Assembly: GCF_964204645.1 (NCBI RefSeq)
Contig: NC_134026.1
Coordinates: forward strand, 9,819,950-9,883,949
From: Tubulanus polymorphus
Taxonomy: Eukaryota; Animalia; Nemertea
Length of the DNA: 64,000 nucleotides
Direction of reading: 5' to 3'
A program made the translations under genes and the position numbers. This document shows positions 12,001 through 23,385 of the stretch, one piece after another; positions within the stretch are counted from its first letter, which is position 1, and each line of letters begins with the position of its first letter. The notes below the pieces were generated by a model that worked only from the letters and a program-made list of their open reading frames with translations, searched no databases and had not been told where the DNA came from.

Positions 12001-15000
12001 TTTCGAGAGCAAACTATTATAGAAGTATGTCATCAGGCAATAAAAAGAATACATGCAATTTCAAATATTGCATTCGCAGTTGAATAAGCGTGCCCTTTGA
12101 CAGAAGTGACTGAAAGAAACATGAAGGATATATGTATATTGCCTACGAGGAATTAAAAAACAAAGATTTAATCGAGCATCACAGGAACACTTCCTGCATT
12201 TCATTTCTATTATCACTCGCCGGCTTGATAGAGGCCAGCTAAGTGCGGATTTTGATAAAACCCAGGGGCCGGTTCCATAGTCACGACTTAAGACCAAAAG
12301 TGGTCTTAAAACCTTAAGACTGGTCTTAAGTTGTTAGATTGGCTATAGAACTAAGTTTGCCTTAGACCGGTCTTAAGTCTATGCTCTGTCTATGGAACCG
12401 GCCCCAGGTCATTACTACTCACTGGTCAAACAACGCAAAGGCTTATGTACCATTACACAGAACATGATAATACCCAGAATTCTCAGATTCCCTGATTAAT
12501 TTCATCAGGCCAGTTTATTTACTGTACTACCATATCATCTTGGAGGTTTGAATAATGTGACATATAAAAGCCAGGTTCATATCGCCTCGCAAATCATTCT
12601 CCCTCAAAAAGATCTGGAATGATCTGATGGCATTACGCAATTCAGCCATGACTTGAAACTCTACCTCAGTAGCAGAACAGACTAAATGCAATATCTTAAT
12701 AGACTAGTTTCTAACACAAAATAATTTGAATGAAAAGTAGTCGATCAATTGAAAATTGTACTAGAAATGAATCTGATTGTGAGCATATCTATAGGAATTG
12801 CACACTAAAAGGGTATCAACTAGTACTTTCAAATAGTAGTGGTAGTCAGGTCTGCAACAACAGACAGGGGATAATGCACTAAAATCAGTTTTGCTCAACA
12901 GTAGAATAGTAAATAAAGCGCTATTTCTCATATTCTGATGTAAAAATTGGTATGCAACTGGTCTCGTGCGTTGACAGGGTTTGAGGGCAGGGTCTGAAAC
13001 ACGGCCACACGTCTGAAACACGGTCCCGGCCCCGGTCCCGGCCGCGGCCGCACACGTCTTAAACACGGCCGCGGCCGCTCTTTTATTCGTTTAAATGGTC
13101 AAATGAAAGAAAAAAGAGATTTTCTACTATCTATCTCTCTCTATATAGACTATTTCACTTTTGAACGGTTAAGCTTCAATCGACTCTGTCATTTTGGCCC
13201 AAACCAGATGCCTATCTATCTACCCTTTTGCTTTGCGAGGAGCTATAATCAAATTTTGATAAAATAATACATTTAGTTAGTATGAGTTTTTTATGTAGTG
13301 GCTATAATATCAATGGGAAGGCAGGAATCTGGGCCCCAAGACCACCCCCTAAATCTGCCACTGGAAAAAAGGTTTCATGGAGAATCAGATGACACTATAG
13401 ACAAGAGGCTATATATTGACATAACATGCTAAACCTAAGATCCATAAACTTAAGATCCCCAAATAGGGCCTATACTTATTTTATCATACTTGAATGAATC
13501 CTTAATATTACGTTTGCCAGACTGGCGGAGATGTTTTGCAGTCTTTTGGGTTTGTTTGCGTGAAAGTAAGATTTAAGCAAAATCACCCTAAAAGGTTTGA
13601 ATGCATTTCTATTTATTAAATGTTACATAGTTTACAAATTAGCAAGTCGCCTTAAAATCAAGATTGTTGATTTTCTCTAAAAGTTAGTTTTATCTATCTC
13701 CAGGTGACCACTCTTGATTCGCCAAGACAACAGTCTGTTTTAAGCGATTTTATTCAACCAAGAAACCCCTGAGATAACGCTCCGCGTTATAGCATTATAC
13801 AAGTTCCACACGTAATTTACAGGCTCCTTTCATTAATTTTTCAAATTTTTTATGCATACATGCAGTATTTATGTTAATCTGACCATGGTAGTTGACAGAC
13901 CGCACATAGAAGCGGCTCAATATTTCAGGGGCCTTAGGCTTTTTTTTGGTTCTTAGGTTAAGTAAAGACCTGCATTGAGAGTGCATTACTTTGCGCCAAC
14001 AAATCAACTTTTCTACCTTAAATGTATCACCCACACGATACCCGAAAAGCTCGTATGGATAATTTACTTTGGGGAAACTGAGTTATTTACCTCCTTTGAC
14101 TGGTGATTCTAATTTGGGTGAGAGTATGTTTTGTTGCCTGTTTTTTTTTTGTTGTTGAATATTATGTATTGATCACTAGTTGATAATTGTGGGATAAAAT
14201 GAACACTATTGTTTGTTTGTCCACTTTCTGAAAATCATAGCAGATAGGCATCTGGTTTGGGGCAAAAAGACATTGAAGCTTAAACCGTTCAAAGTTGAAA
14301 TAGTTTATATTTGGACTTTTGATAGATAGTAGAAAATCTCTTTCTTCTTTCATTTGACCATTTAAATGAAAACAAAGAGCGGCCGCGGCCGTGTTTTAGA
14401 CGTGTGTGGCCGCGGCCGGGACTGGGGCTGGGACCGTGTTTCAGACGTGTGGCCGCGGCCGGGGCCGGGGCCGGGGCCGTGTTTCAGACCCTACCAAATA
14501 CTTTACTTCAATTTCATCAAAAACATTATATCCAAAGAGAGAATTCAGAAAATTATTGTCGCTGCAGTCACTGCACTTACAACGCCATTGCAAAGCTTGT
14601 ATATAGGCTCTTAGCTGTGAGAATTTCACGCTTGTCGCCCACGCATGTTGGACAAGGGCACATGCAAATACCCTTCCCATATCGGTACACGTTTAGTGGA
14701 GAAAATGAGATTTTCTTCCTTCTACACGATATTTTGGGTAAAAATATGAATGAAGTCATCATTCTTTTTAATCCATAATTAATCTCTGTTCTGTCACATA
14801 AAGTGGCGCGAACATTTTGATTAAGGTAGAATAGAATCTCAGAAAGATAGAATCGAATAAAATAGAATCTAATGGAAAAACTAACAGATAAATCATACAC
14901 TATTTGCGTTTTTTTTTTCCAACCGAATTGCATAATCGGTTTATATCGATTACGGGTATTCGTGCCAGTCAGTCACTTAGACATTGGTGTAATTCAATGA

Positions 15001-18000
15001 TTACTCCAAGCTTAGACTATGAAACGGCGCGGCCATATCTCATCAATTGTAGGCTTTATAATCGATGATTTTAATACACAGCCGATGACTCACCAACGGT
15101 GGAGAGCAAACATGATTTGCGATAAAGGCAAAAAAAACTATAGCGTGTAGTAATCTTGTAAATATACCGACATCAGGCAAGAGATCTATACTTTCGCAAA
15201 CTTTTAAAAACATTTTACAAGCATAGCGATGTGCTCTGAAAATATAATCTATACACCATTTGTCCTGACTGACGTAGACCACAGGAGAGCCGAATACAAA
15301 TAACAATATTTAAAGTGATCTTTGTTTGGTTACCAAATAAAATACGCTTCATATGTATAATGGTACACACCACCAAATATAACTAAGGAGTTACGCACTA
15401 TGCATTATGAAAATAAGTTCAATTTCGAGGTTACAAAATTTCATGTAACTTTCCATAATTGAGGATTTTTTAAAGCTATCCTATGATGTTTTCACACAAT
15501 TGCTTGAGACGCAGACATTTGAGCTAGAAAAGTTTGCGCTGAACTTCTGCCACTTTATCAGGTGGCGAGGAAGCCGTTCTGAATATCGAGACACAACAAT
15601 CAATACAAAACTCTCCAGTATGTTTCTTTACCAACACAAGGAGCACAAAAGAAAGGGTCTACAGACCCCATTTTGACTGATTATCCCAAGAAAAAGTTTG
15701 TAAACTTAACTGGTCACCTGCACCTTTCTCATACACAGGTATCAATCTAAGGCCTGGGACCAACCCTTCAGATCTCACCATTGCATTAATGGGAATCACT
15801 CAAAAATTGTGGTAATGAATTCATCCCGTCAAGAGGGTGCGAATATAGGTAAGGCATAACCCATTTGCAGACAATTGCAAGGGTTCGGGAGACCTCCAAA
15901 GATGCATTTACCAAAAACATGTTTAAGTGAATCCATCATATAAAAAGTCACTGGAATGTGTGGGACAATTTTCTTTGACGATAAATAGTGTAACTTTGGA
16001 TTTTCTGGGTATGGGCCTGCAATGTCTGGTGTTATAGTCCGTCTGTTAAAAAAATGTTCGAGGTAAGGTAGGATCTCGAACATAGGTGAGAATAGAAGAT
16101 TGTGATAGGCCTAAATATCCAATGTGTCTGAAGCGGTGGGTCCACGCTGAAGATTGATACCAGTCCTGCTTTTATGCCAGGGAGAGGTAGAGATAAGGAA
16201 TATTGTGCCACAGCCTACCACCTCCCAGAACATTGCAGATTACAACAAGACAATGATTAGCTTTATGTTAAGGAAATCAAAAACATACCTGATCGGCACT
16301 GGTAATGCACCTCTAAGTATTTATAAGTATCTGAACATGGATCTCTAAATATGTCATTGTTCACTTTAAAAGTACAAGTCGGTTTTCCAGCACATCTGTA
16401 GCATGGATAAAAAGAACAGATTTCAAAATTAGGAGAGCATGCATTGGAGTGGCGGGCAGGCGTGCGTTGGTTTTCTCCACGCCTTGCGACGCGCCAACGG
16501 AAAATGACCATTGGCGCCTCTCTCTTTGCTTTGTCGAGATATCTTCCACAGAACACGAATAGCTTGAATGTTCGAGAGTGAAAAGTACTGCACAATACCG
16601 CCCTGCCCTCTCAGCATATTTATGTACTACATGTTCTCTCCCCTCAGATAACTGTGTAAATACACAATTTTTAAAAAAGACGAACCTTAGCTCATGTTGG
16701 TAACATATGTTCAGACATATAAACCAAACAGATACCACATAAATTTTGAGTTTATTGACATCCTACAAATAGATTTGGGAGCCAGTTTGAGAACTTAAAA
16801 CATGAGAGCCCCACGATTAATTTCAATGAGGAACATTTCATTCAAAATGAAAGAAACGGTTCAAATTAAACAGTAATCCAACAGTAAACCCTAAGTAACA
16901 TCTTTGACATTTCTGTAAACATTTAACAAATCAAATATTCAACATCGAGTATTAACAAACTAATGATATCCAGCCATATATATATTGTACAAATATTGTT
17001 GAAATAATGATGTTGTAATGATGTGTCCTTGTTGTAAATTTTATATGTGGCAAATAAATATATTATTATGAAATAGAGACCACCCCCCCCCCCCCCAGTT
17101 ACCATCTTTGTGTATTTTAGATTAAGACACAATCTATAGAATTAAACATGTAAAGTAATCAATTCTATTCTCATGACTCCAAAATTGGGCTTTTTTATTT
17201 GTATTGTATTAATTTTATAGAATCACTAATTTGTTAAGCACAGTCATAACAAATTAGATAGGGCCTAAGTCTCAAATCAGACTAAAAAATTGGGCCCCAC
17301 ACAGGTGAAACCAAGTTAAGCGAATGTTGATCCTTCAAAACACTCTTACAACTAAAGACTACCACAGAGCAAGCAAACTCGGCTATAGCCCTCCAGTTTA
17401 ACAGGTTCAGGGGCAGCCAGGGGTTTTTCTAGACAGTGCCTTTAAGGGCCCCTTTTTCGCGCTGACAAGGTAACCGTCGAAAAGATACTAAAAGATGAGG
17501 GCAGCGTAAAAATCTATTTGGCACCTTCTGAGGGCTTCCTAGGATCTGTTGATAATATAGCATTTTCTTTAGGCTATATATGATGTACCATTCAATTCTA
17601 GATGCAATAAAGGGCAGTCTTGATGGACCCCAGTCTGTCAATCTCTTTGACTGTAATTTCACTCAAAAATTCCACTATAATCGTGTTCTGTCAAAAATAT
17701 TTTCTCGCTACAGGTCAAACTAAGAGGCGATGATCATCCTATGCAGATCGATTAGTAGTTAAATAAGGGGAAGGGTTGATCTAATCATCAAACACACGCG
17801 CGACAATTTAGCCTAGATTCAGATTATGTAGTAACAACATGCTGAAATTATAAATCATTAGTTAACAAATGCAATTATAATATATGCATGGAAAACAATT
17901 TGTGGTTAGTTTTTTTTTAAAACCCCATGCAATTCGAATATAACTTCTACGAGTCATATAGTTGGTTGCATGCTTTGGTGCGTGTCAAAACGTAACATGA

Positions 18001-21000
18001 GAATAAAAATATTAAGAACGCAGAAATTCATAATATGATAAAACCAGTATCTTATTTAAACAGGTAACAAATCTAAAATCAAGCCTGCCACATTCCAATT
18101 CCAAGTAGAAACATTTCGACATACACATTTCGCTCGATGGCCCGGCACACTTTCTTCAATATTCAGCCCTATTATTTCATTGCAGCATTTTGAGATATAA
18201 ATCAACCCGGCTTTGTAAGTTTTAGAAATCTTTCAGCGAAAATGACTTCCGTCGGCTTATGCAACAGTCGAAAACATGTTTACCACAGAAAACTGTTTTT
18301 GTGTTTGCATTCGTCATAAGAAACAACTAGCAATGATGTTTCTCTTGTTATAGACGAAAGAAAACATCGTTGATTTCATTCACTTTAGCCAAGATTTTCA
18401 GAATTTCGATTCTTATTACCACTATTCTCAAGTCAGGTCATGTCGCACTACGGAGTAGGGGGGATTTTCAAATAACATCGTTGGGATTTAACGCATGCGG
18501 ACTCTGGAACACCTTACCTCCGGGCCGCAAACACTGATATTCAACCTCGAGATACTTATAAGTATCGTCACACGGTTCACCAAATAAATCGTTGTCAGCG
18601 GGAATTTCGCAAAAAGTCTTATCTGAGCACCTACGGAGAGGTTCAGATAAGTCAGTATCAGGAGGCTGCGAATTTTGATATCGAAACTAGGGACTTCGCG
18701 AGCAATTTTAAACCAGAGGACGGGTAGTAATACATGATTCATTAAGACCTGTCTAATCCAAGAAATAGTTTAAAATGTTCATCTTTTCTTAACAATATTT
18801 TTTCAAACGATTTTGAAATCAAAATAGTCTAAAACTGGGCAGGTAGTGGGTGGATAGCCTATCATACAGGTAAACCAAAGTTTCAAAACTTTTTGAAAGC
18901 GGTTGACTCCCTGTAGATTTAAAATAGCTATTCACAACAGTGAGAAGAAATTATTTCTTTTTCAATTAAAAACATAAAAATTGCTTTTCTCTTTAATTCC
19001 AGTAGATAAATAAGGCCTATGGATACTTTCGAATTAATCGAATAATTCTCATAAAAAATGATTGGTTGAACACAAGTACAAATATGATAAAGTTATACAA
19101 GGGATATTGGGTCCAGATTTTTCACCATTTTCTCATACATCATAGTAGGGCCTACATGTATTTTATATGGTTTTGAAATGAATACCTGCACTGGCACTTT
19201 CTAGCGAGTGCTATTTGGCTGGAATGTTTACATTACATTCCGCAATACAGTGTCTAGAAGCAGTGAGTCTAATAAATTTCATATCAGCAAGGTTTCGTTT
19301 CTATTTCAAATGAAAAATGTTGAAAACACACGGCCCAGATACTAGCGAAGTATATAGGCCCCTAACTGTATAGTTTAGGCTATAGGTAAGGACAAGGGAA
19401 GTGGACCAGACTAAAAATTGGTTAAGCCAACCTAAGAACTTAGGACAAGTATCAAGATTTATGACACTTCAAGTACTTAGTCTTGACACTGTGGGACTAT
19501 ACCACGTTTTTGCCGAACTCCATATTTTTGTACCTTGAAGAAGGCCTTTCTCTGAAAAAAGTTACACCCGGTATGCAATAATACTTCATGGAAAACCTTG
19601 TGAATAAGATGTCATATAAAAAAGCTGACGATGCTGTAGTAGTATTTTTCAAGGGGAGAGGGGAGAGGAAAAGCATCGAAGGATTATATTGAAGACAAGA
19701 CCTCGGTGGAATAGTTGAAATTTACAACGGATACCGGCATAATAAATATCAGGGATATTAGATATTCAACAAAACCCACTACCCCAGGTACTCAGCATTC
19801 GAGTTAGATAATCAATCATAACATTATTAAAAATTAAACGATTATAATTGCATTAAATACGAAGTGAAATATATAATTGTGAAATAACTGTCGTTATCAG
19901 AACGATGATTACAATTAAACAGTCAGTCATAAACGATGAATGCTGGCAGTTTGAAAAGAACTCAATTAAAATGCATGTGATAACTTTGTGATGATGAAAT
20001 TGGCGATTAACGCCGTGAATTTTCTATTCAGCCATAATTCAAAACTTAAATTGAAATTGCTTAACCCTCATGTGATATTAACCATTTAGGATAGAAATCA
20101 AATTTCATCAATGTTAGCAAGAGCCTCGGGACTGCGAATAGGCCCATAGGAAAATTCCCCAATGAAACAGTCCTTTTTTAATGATTTACACGATCAATAT
20201 GAAGGTTGAAAGTTGAATGTTGAAAGGGGATTCCTTGACGTGGGTTCGAACCCCACACCCTACCTCACTCATGGCTGCCGGCGATTACTTTATCTAGGTC
20301 AAATTCCCCCCAAGCTATGGTACTTATAGGCCTAGCTAAGATTTCCCTGATCAACGTACGATATTGAATTAAATTGGGCCTAAACGTTGAAAATTAAGCT
20401 TAAAATGTTCAGGTCAATCAGCCGCTATCCATCACAATAACTCATTACTTTAGGTCTAGGCCTACAATGAAATTATCAGCATTTACAGAACATAGAGGGG
20501 TAGTAGATTTAGTTAACAAGGGCTGATGATTCTCATAGGGGCAGAAATGAATGACAGGAGTGCGGCCGCCACTTTAAAACCCCTTGCCAAGAACACCGAG
20601 AAAACATCTGAATGACTGGCGTTTTAAAGATTATAGGCCTACAAGAAACCAATACATCCCAAATACGGTATGAAGTCCTAGGCCCAATATAAAGCATTAA
20701 GCATTAACGTTTCTTTGCCCCTACCTGGAATGAACAACGTTCAGTGAACTATGAGACATGCACATAGTGCTCCAGCCTTCAGTTATTCCACGCGGGTTGC
20801 ATATTGCTAAAGTAAAGCGTCCGTAGACGGCCCGTTCGATGTGTATAATCCCGCTGTCTTTGCGGCAGTCCAATGTTAATACGTCACGTTCACACACGTA
20901 CACCTCGGTACTTTCACCTGGATAAAAAAAGGTATCGCATTAAGTTGAGTAAAATAATGATAGTAATTGACAATTATATAAATCAGCAGTCTTCAAATGT

Positions 21001-21655
21001 GTTTGTTCTAGTGGTATCACGATCCAAGGGAAAGGCGCAGGGTGCATCAAGTTGCCCTGAAATTTCACCGGAAAATGAATATTAAGCTGCTAGGCCTACC
21101 CACAAAAGTGTAAATTTATCTCTAAGCTTGTTCTCTGTATTGAGTGATGTTTTCTGATGAGCTTTCTTTCACGGTGCTTTTAATTTTGCCATATTTTGGG
21201 GGTGCACCGCAACGAGTCAGACCCTAGATCCGGCCCTGTATTCAGTCATCTCCCCTGAGATGTAACACCTAAGCTGCTACTAGGTGCTCAGCAATCCATT
21301 CAGGCCAGGAACCCACAGGCTCAGAGGTGGAGAGAGGCAATGAGGATAAGCGTGTTGCTCAGGAACATTACAGTGCTGTTCAAGCATCCATGACCTGGTA
21401 GCCCATAGGCCTCCCTAGTCAAATGCTCTAGGCCTATAACCACTGGCTCCACTGAATAAAACACTCCTATCCGACAAGAATTTACGAAGACAGAGGCCTG
21501 AAATCGAAACCTTGGCGGTACAACTGGCCACCTTAAGTCCGAAAACGAAACTGCTTACCTCTTTTAAATCTTCCACGATTGATGAAATTTCTTAGTTTAC
21601 CACCAGTGACTAATGATATTAATAAACAGCTAACCAACAATATTATTCCCTTCAT
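1..21655 (-). CDS. Cirl: Latrophilin/Cirl-like adhesion GPCR, 5' part (signal peptide, SUEL/Gal-lectin, Thr-rich stalk, HRM, start of GAIN); continues past the window start
   Basis: Phase-consistent GT-AG exons: 21655-21559 (MKGIILLVSCLLISLVTGG signal peptide); 20917-20725 and 16395-16289 (lectin: VCERDVLTLDC..A.YGR..DPCSDTYKYLEVHYQC); 8496-8299 (Thr-rich, then YC....RGITWPMT....A...CP of the HRM); 8059-7959 (W...PDLSKCTSQWV); 6748-6554, 560-374 and 80-<1 (GAIN-like, GGDL...VSDNLL). No olfactomedin domain, as in invertebrate latrophilins. Confidence 0.9.
827..874 (-). ncRNA. Second hammerhead copy in the inverted pseudo-LTR, core mutated (GAAA to GATA)
   Basis: Reverse complement reads attcCTGAAGAtgactattaggatatagtcGATAcgttgaaataa, identical to 3776-3820 except at position 838. 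Confidence 0.75.
1065..3467 (+). CDS. Penelope-like reverse transcriptase with C-terminal GIY-YIG endonuclease (800 aa from ATG 1065)
   Basis: PLE motifs VNLS...L...QLLGYGLNF, KADKG, YGLPKIHK..PLRPI, SFDVTSLFTNV, GIAMGNPLSP, RYVDD and YRKPT, then GIYKIPCKVCDQVYIGETGR..R..EH. No stops or frameshifts. Confidence 0.96.
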   Translation: MLPTDRNIVLKFFFFTFPYLVASFRNYEKCYIKSRTAKSKVKFLQEFYAEKVVPRSLSWIWKYDSSSAFPPEANKQLKFAIDRAKEDCNYQFYKFCQSQNYLKSHVPDLFLWKSLSTIVQGSGKYHQHRKSVDLTNQLNKLIDSSPWTRFSNTENIVNLSSTTLSSTQCQLLGYGLNFSLPHQDKHVLDFVTQLEYRKSSRNSLDYNFIFMNLQAICDQLNRNLFEYLPRRFRLALQELRKLKTIKISKADKGGKIVILDLDNYNVKMQSLLDNPGVYKKLKSNPLPRMQANFNRSLSDIIKRFPSAKETLNKFHSRLPSLPYIYGLPKIHKDNVPLRPIVSNCNSPTYRLSKFLAKQLSPVLGSFSPSHLRHNQHLLERIKNIIPGNDKFISFDVTSLFTNVPLGPTLDFLKRRLPSLNINFGIPTDCIIDLISICTTDSFFEFNNCFYEQTFGIAMGNPLSPILANLFLEHVESEILPLYTDIHPKIWLRYVDDVLALVPFDFNVDNFLIYLNSLYPSLAFTYEWESNSKIPFLDVLIFNCGSFLKFAVYRKPTNAESYLHYFSFTSPDIKLGLAQGLFLRALRICDPSFLPDEIHHINQSLKKLAYPDFLLKKALLKARTTHFRNNNLRTPTLATDKQPIIVPYVPFLENSKVSLRSLNKQLISKYNNKLSNILINNKPKTESLNCGIYKIPCKVCDQVYIGETGRNLNQRIKEHKLDVKNFKPESGVASHVFQTSHNFDFANAELIYPCSDKTRRHILESALIIENSNNLVNLNNGFSPHNKLISKFLCKLVKLNT
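3772..3820 (+). ncRNA. Minimal type I hammerhead ribozyme motif in the Penelope 3' pseudo-LTR
   Basis: CTGAAGA (3780-3786), stem II gactat/atagtc (3788-3805), GAAA (3806-3809), palindromic stem III AACGTT, and stem I ttattc/gaaataa with one bulge. Minimal hammerheads in PLE pseudo-LTRs are established. Confidence 0.8.
11953..11985 (-). CDS. Candidate 33-nt latrophilin microexon (AEIPTTVALTT)
   Basis: ttgctctaatttcag|CTGAAATTCCGACCACTGTAGCACTCACTACAG|gtatat. Phase 1-1 matches the flanking exons, frame is kept, and it is Thr-rich like the next exon. Confidence 0.55.
12266..12404. mobile_element. PIF/Harbinger-type MITE
   Basis: Perfect 15-bp TIR gggccggttccatag/ctatggaaccggccc; 3-bp CAG TSD at 12263-12265 and 12405-12407. 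Confidence 0.85.
12986..14495. mobile_element. Non-autonomous DNA transposon with about 230-250-bp GC-rich TIRs
   Basis: 12986-13217 and 14242-14495 are inverted copies (ggcagggtctgaaacacggcc / ggccgtgtttcagaccctacc) with internal gtctgaaacacgg and ggccgcggcc repeats. No TSD or transposase recognised. Confidence 0.8.
21250..21452 (-). mobile_element. Degenerate tRNA-derived SINE-like repeat
   Basis: Minus strand has an A-box-like start (gtggagccagtggtt) and the segment tgttcctgagcaacacgcttatcctcattgcctctctccacc, which resembles the conserved body of metazoan tRNA-SINEs. Heavily decayed. Confidence 0.4.
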
Positions 21656-22940
21656 TGTGTTTTAGCCTATCTATAAACTATCCTCATCAGGTAATATGCA
21701 CATTTTCATGATCTACAAATAAAAATAGTTGTTCAAAATTATAATAGGCTACAAGCCATGACAGATAGGGTCTATTTAATATCTATTTCAATTTTGCTTG
21801 TCCAGTGGCCTAGCTCAGTCAGTTTTTAGTGGTACATACCTGGGGTCTTTATAGGACCAACATGGAGATAGGCAGCAGAACTAAAACATCGAATTTTAAT
21901 TCATTTTACACTGTAGGCTATTGAAGGATTGCCAAAAAGCCTTCTTTGAAGGGGTTGAAAAAGGAAAAGTGAATAGGCTAATTTGAATGTTTAATAAAGT
22001 TTTCATGCCTATGTACATTAATTTTTGATGATTTGAAAAAACTTCCAATTGGTGTAGGCATGGTTTTTTTAAACCAAGACCTACTTTAGCCTGTTAGGGT
22101 CATAGGCCTATCACGTAATGAACCACCAAAACTGGCTACACGTATAGGCCACACGATGTCCTCCCAAGCAAAGTTGAAAGACATTAGGGCTTTAGAGCAA
22201 AATCCTTTTGCCTACAATTCTGCTCCAAGTCAGTGTTGGATTCATCACGAGTAGTTGTTGATTGACATTTTTATCAATGACTATGACAATATAACAACAG
22301 CCTAACTTTTAACAAAGCGGCATAAATAACGTTAACTAAAAATGATGCCGCATCGGCAAGATATAATAACCAATTTCTAAAAGTAAATTTGCTTAAGGAA
22401 AGGCAGCCTGTTAAGAAGTGAAGATTTTTAAACTTGCACGGTGTGTAGCGTACGTAGTAGGGCCTACTACTGTTGGTTGTATGTTGTAGGCCTATTTAAA
22501 AATAAATTCAGGACCATTCAGAGTTACATACCAAATAAACAGCCAACTTAACCTCCATATATTTTCTGTTCAAGTTATTCCTTCGATATTTGGAGAGTGA
22601 GCTGGAATACACGACCTAAAAGCTTTTATTTTTCTAACTACGGAAACCCTTTCACTTCGTGATGAACGGTGTTCAATGCGAGTGTGTCACAATTAGTTGT
22701 GATGTGATACGTAAGGTGGCGGCACCTGCTAGTGACGAGTATTTAGTATGCACACTGCTGGCGGGCTGTCTCCAATCACGTACGGCATTGAAAAATAACT
22801 TCATAAACAATTTTCAGTAGTTTCATTTTCTAGTGTAGCTTTATTCTTCTAGTGACCAAACAATTTAAATAGTTTATTTTTCTTATAAGACTTTCCTCTT
22901 TTATGGTACGATAACCACACTCAAACGTGGTGAACAGATG

Positions 22941-23082
22941 ATAAGATAAAAACCCACTATTCAAAAATTAAAAGAAATCTAAAATCGAGAATTTATTTAT
23001 TGAAACAATCTAAAGTATAAGAAAACGACGTTTCGATCTCACACTAGAGATCATCATTTTAAATAGTGGGTTTTTATCTTAT
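22941..23082 (-). mobile_element. Penelope-type pseudo-LTR remnant with truncated hammerhead motif
   Basis: 26-bp inverted repeat (22941-22966 / 23057-23082) encloses minus-strand tgat-GATCTC-tagtgt-GAGATC-GAAACGTC. Confidence 0.6.
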
Positions 23083-23385
23083 TTCCTCTTTTAGTTTGCA
23101 ATACCCAAATTGGTATCCATTTTAATGGTACTCATCATCATTCCATAACTCTGCGAGTCAAATCATAACTGAGAACTGTGTAACAGGATCATGACGTAGA
23201 ATCTTTTTATTTTCAATTTTGGTTGTGAAGCCACACAGGTAAAAAATTCCGAAAGAATCCACAGTTCTTACTATTCTACATCCATTGTCTTATACAAAAA
23301 ACAAAAATTCATAACTGTATCTTACATGAAATTTATTTTACAGACTGTAGAGGATAAAAAATACATAAAATGCTGTACAATTCGA

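Noticed and set aside
12761-14933. Cluster of overlapping Gly/Arg/Ala/Pro-rich ORFs
   Set aside because: They come from the GC-rich TIR modules of the 12986-14495 element and show no protein motifs.
19187-19201. Possible 15-nt minus-strand microexon (ag|aaagtgccagtgcag|gt)
   Set aside because: No polypyrimidine tract, and it would add cysteines inside the conserved lectin fold.
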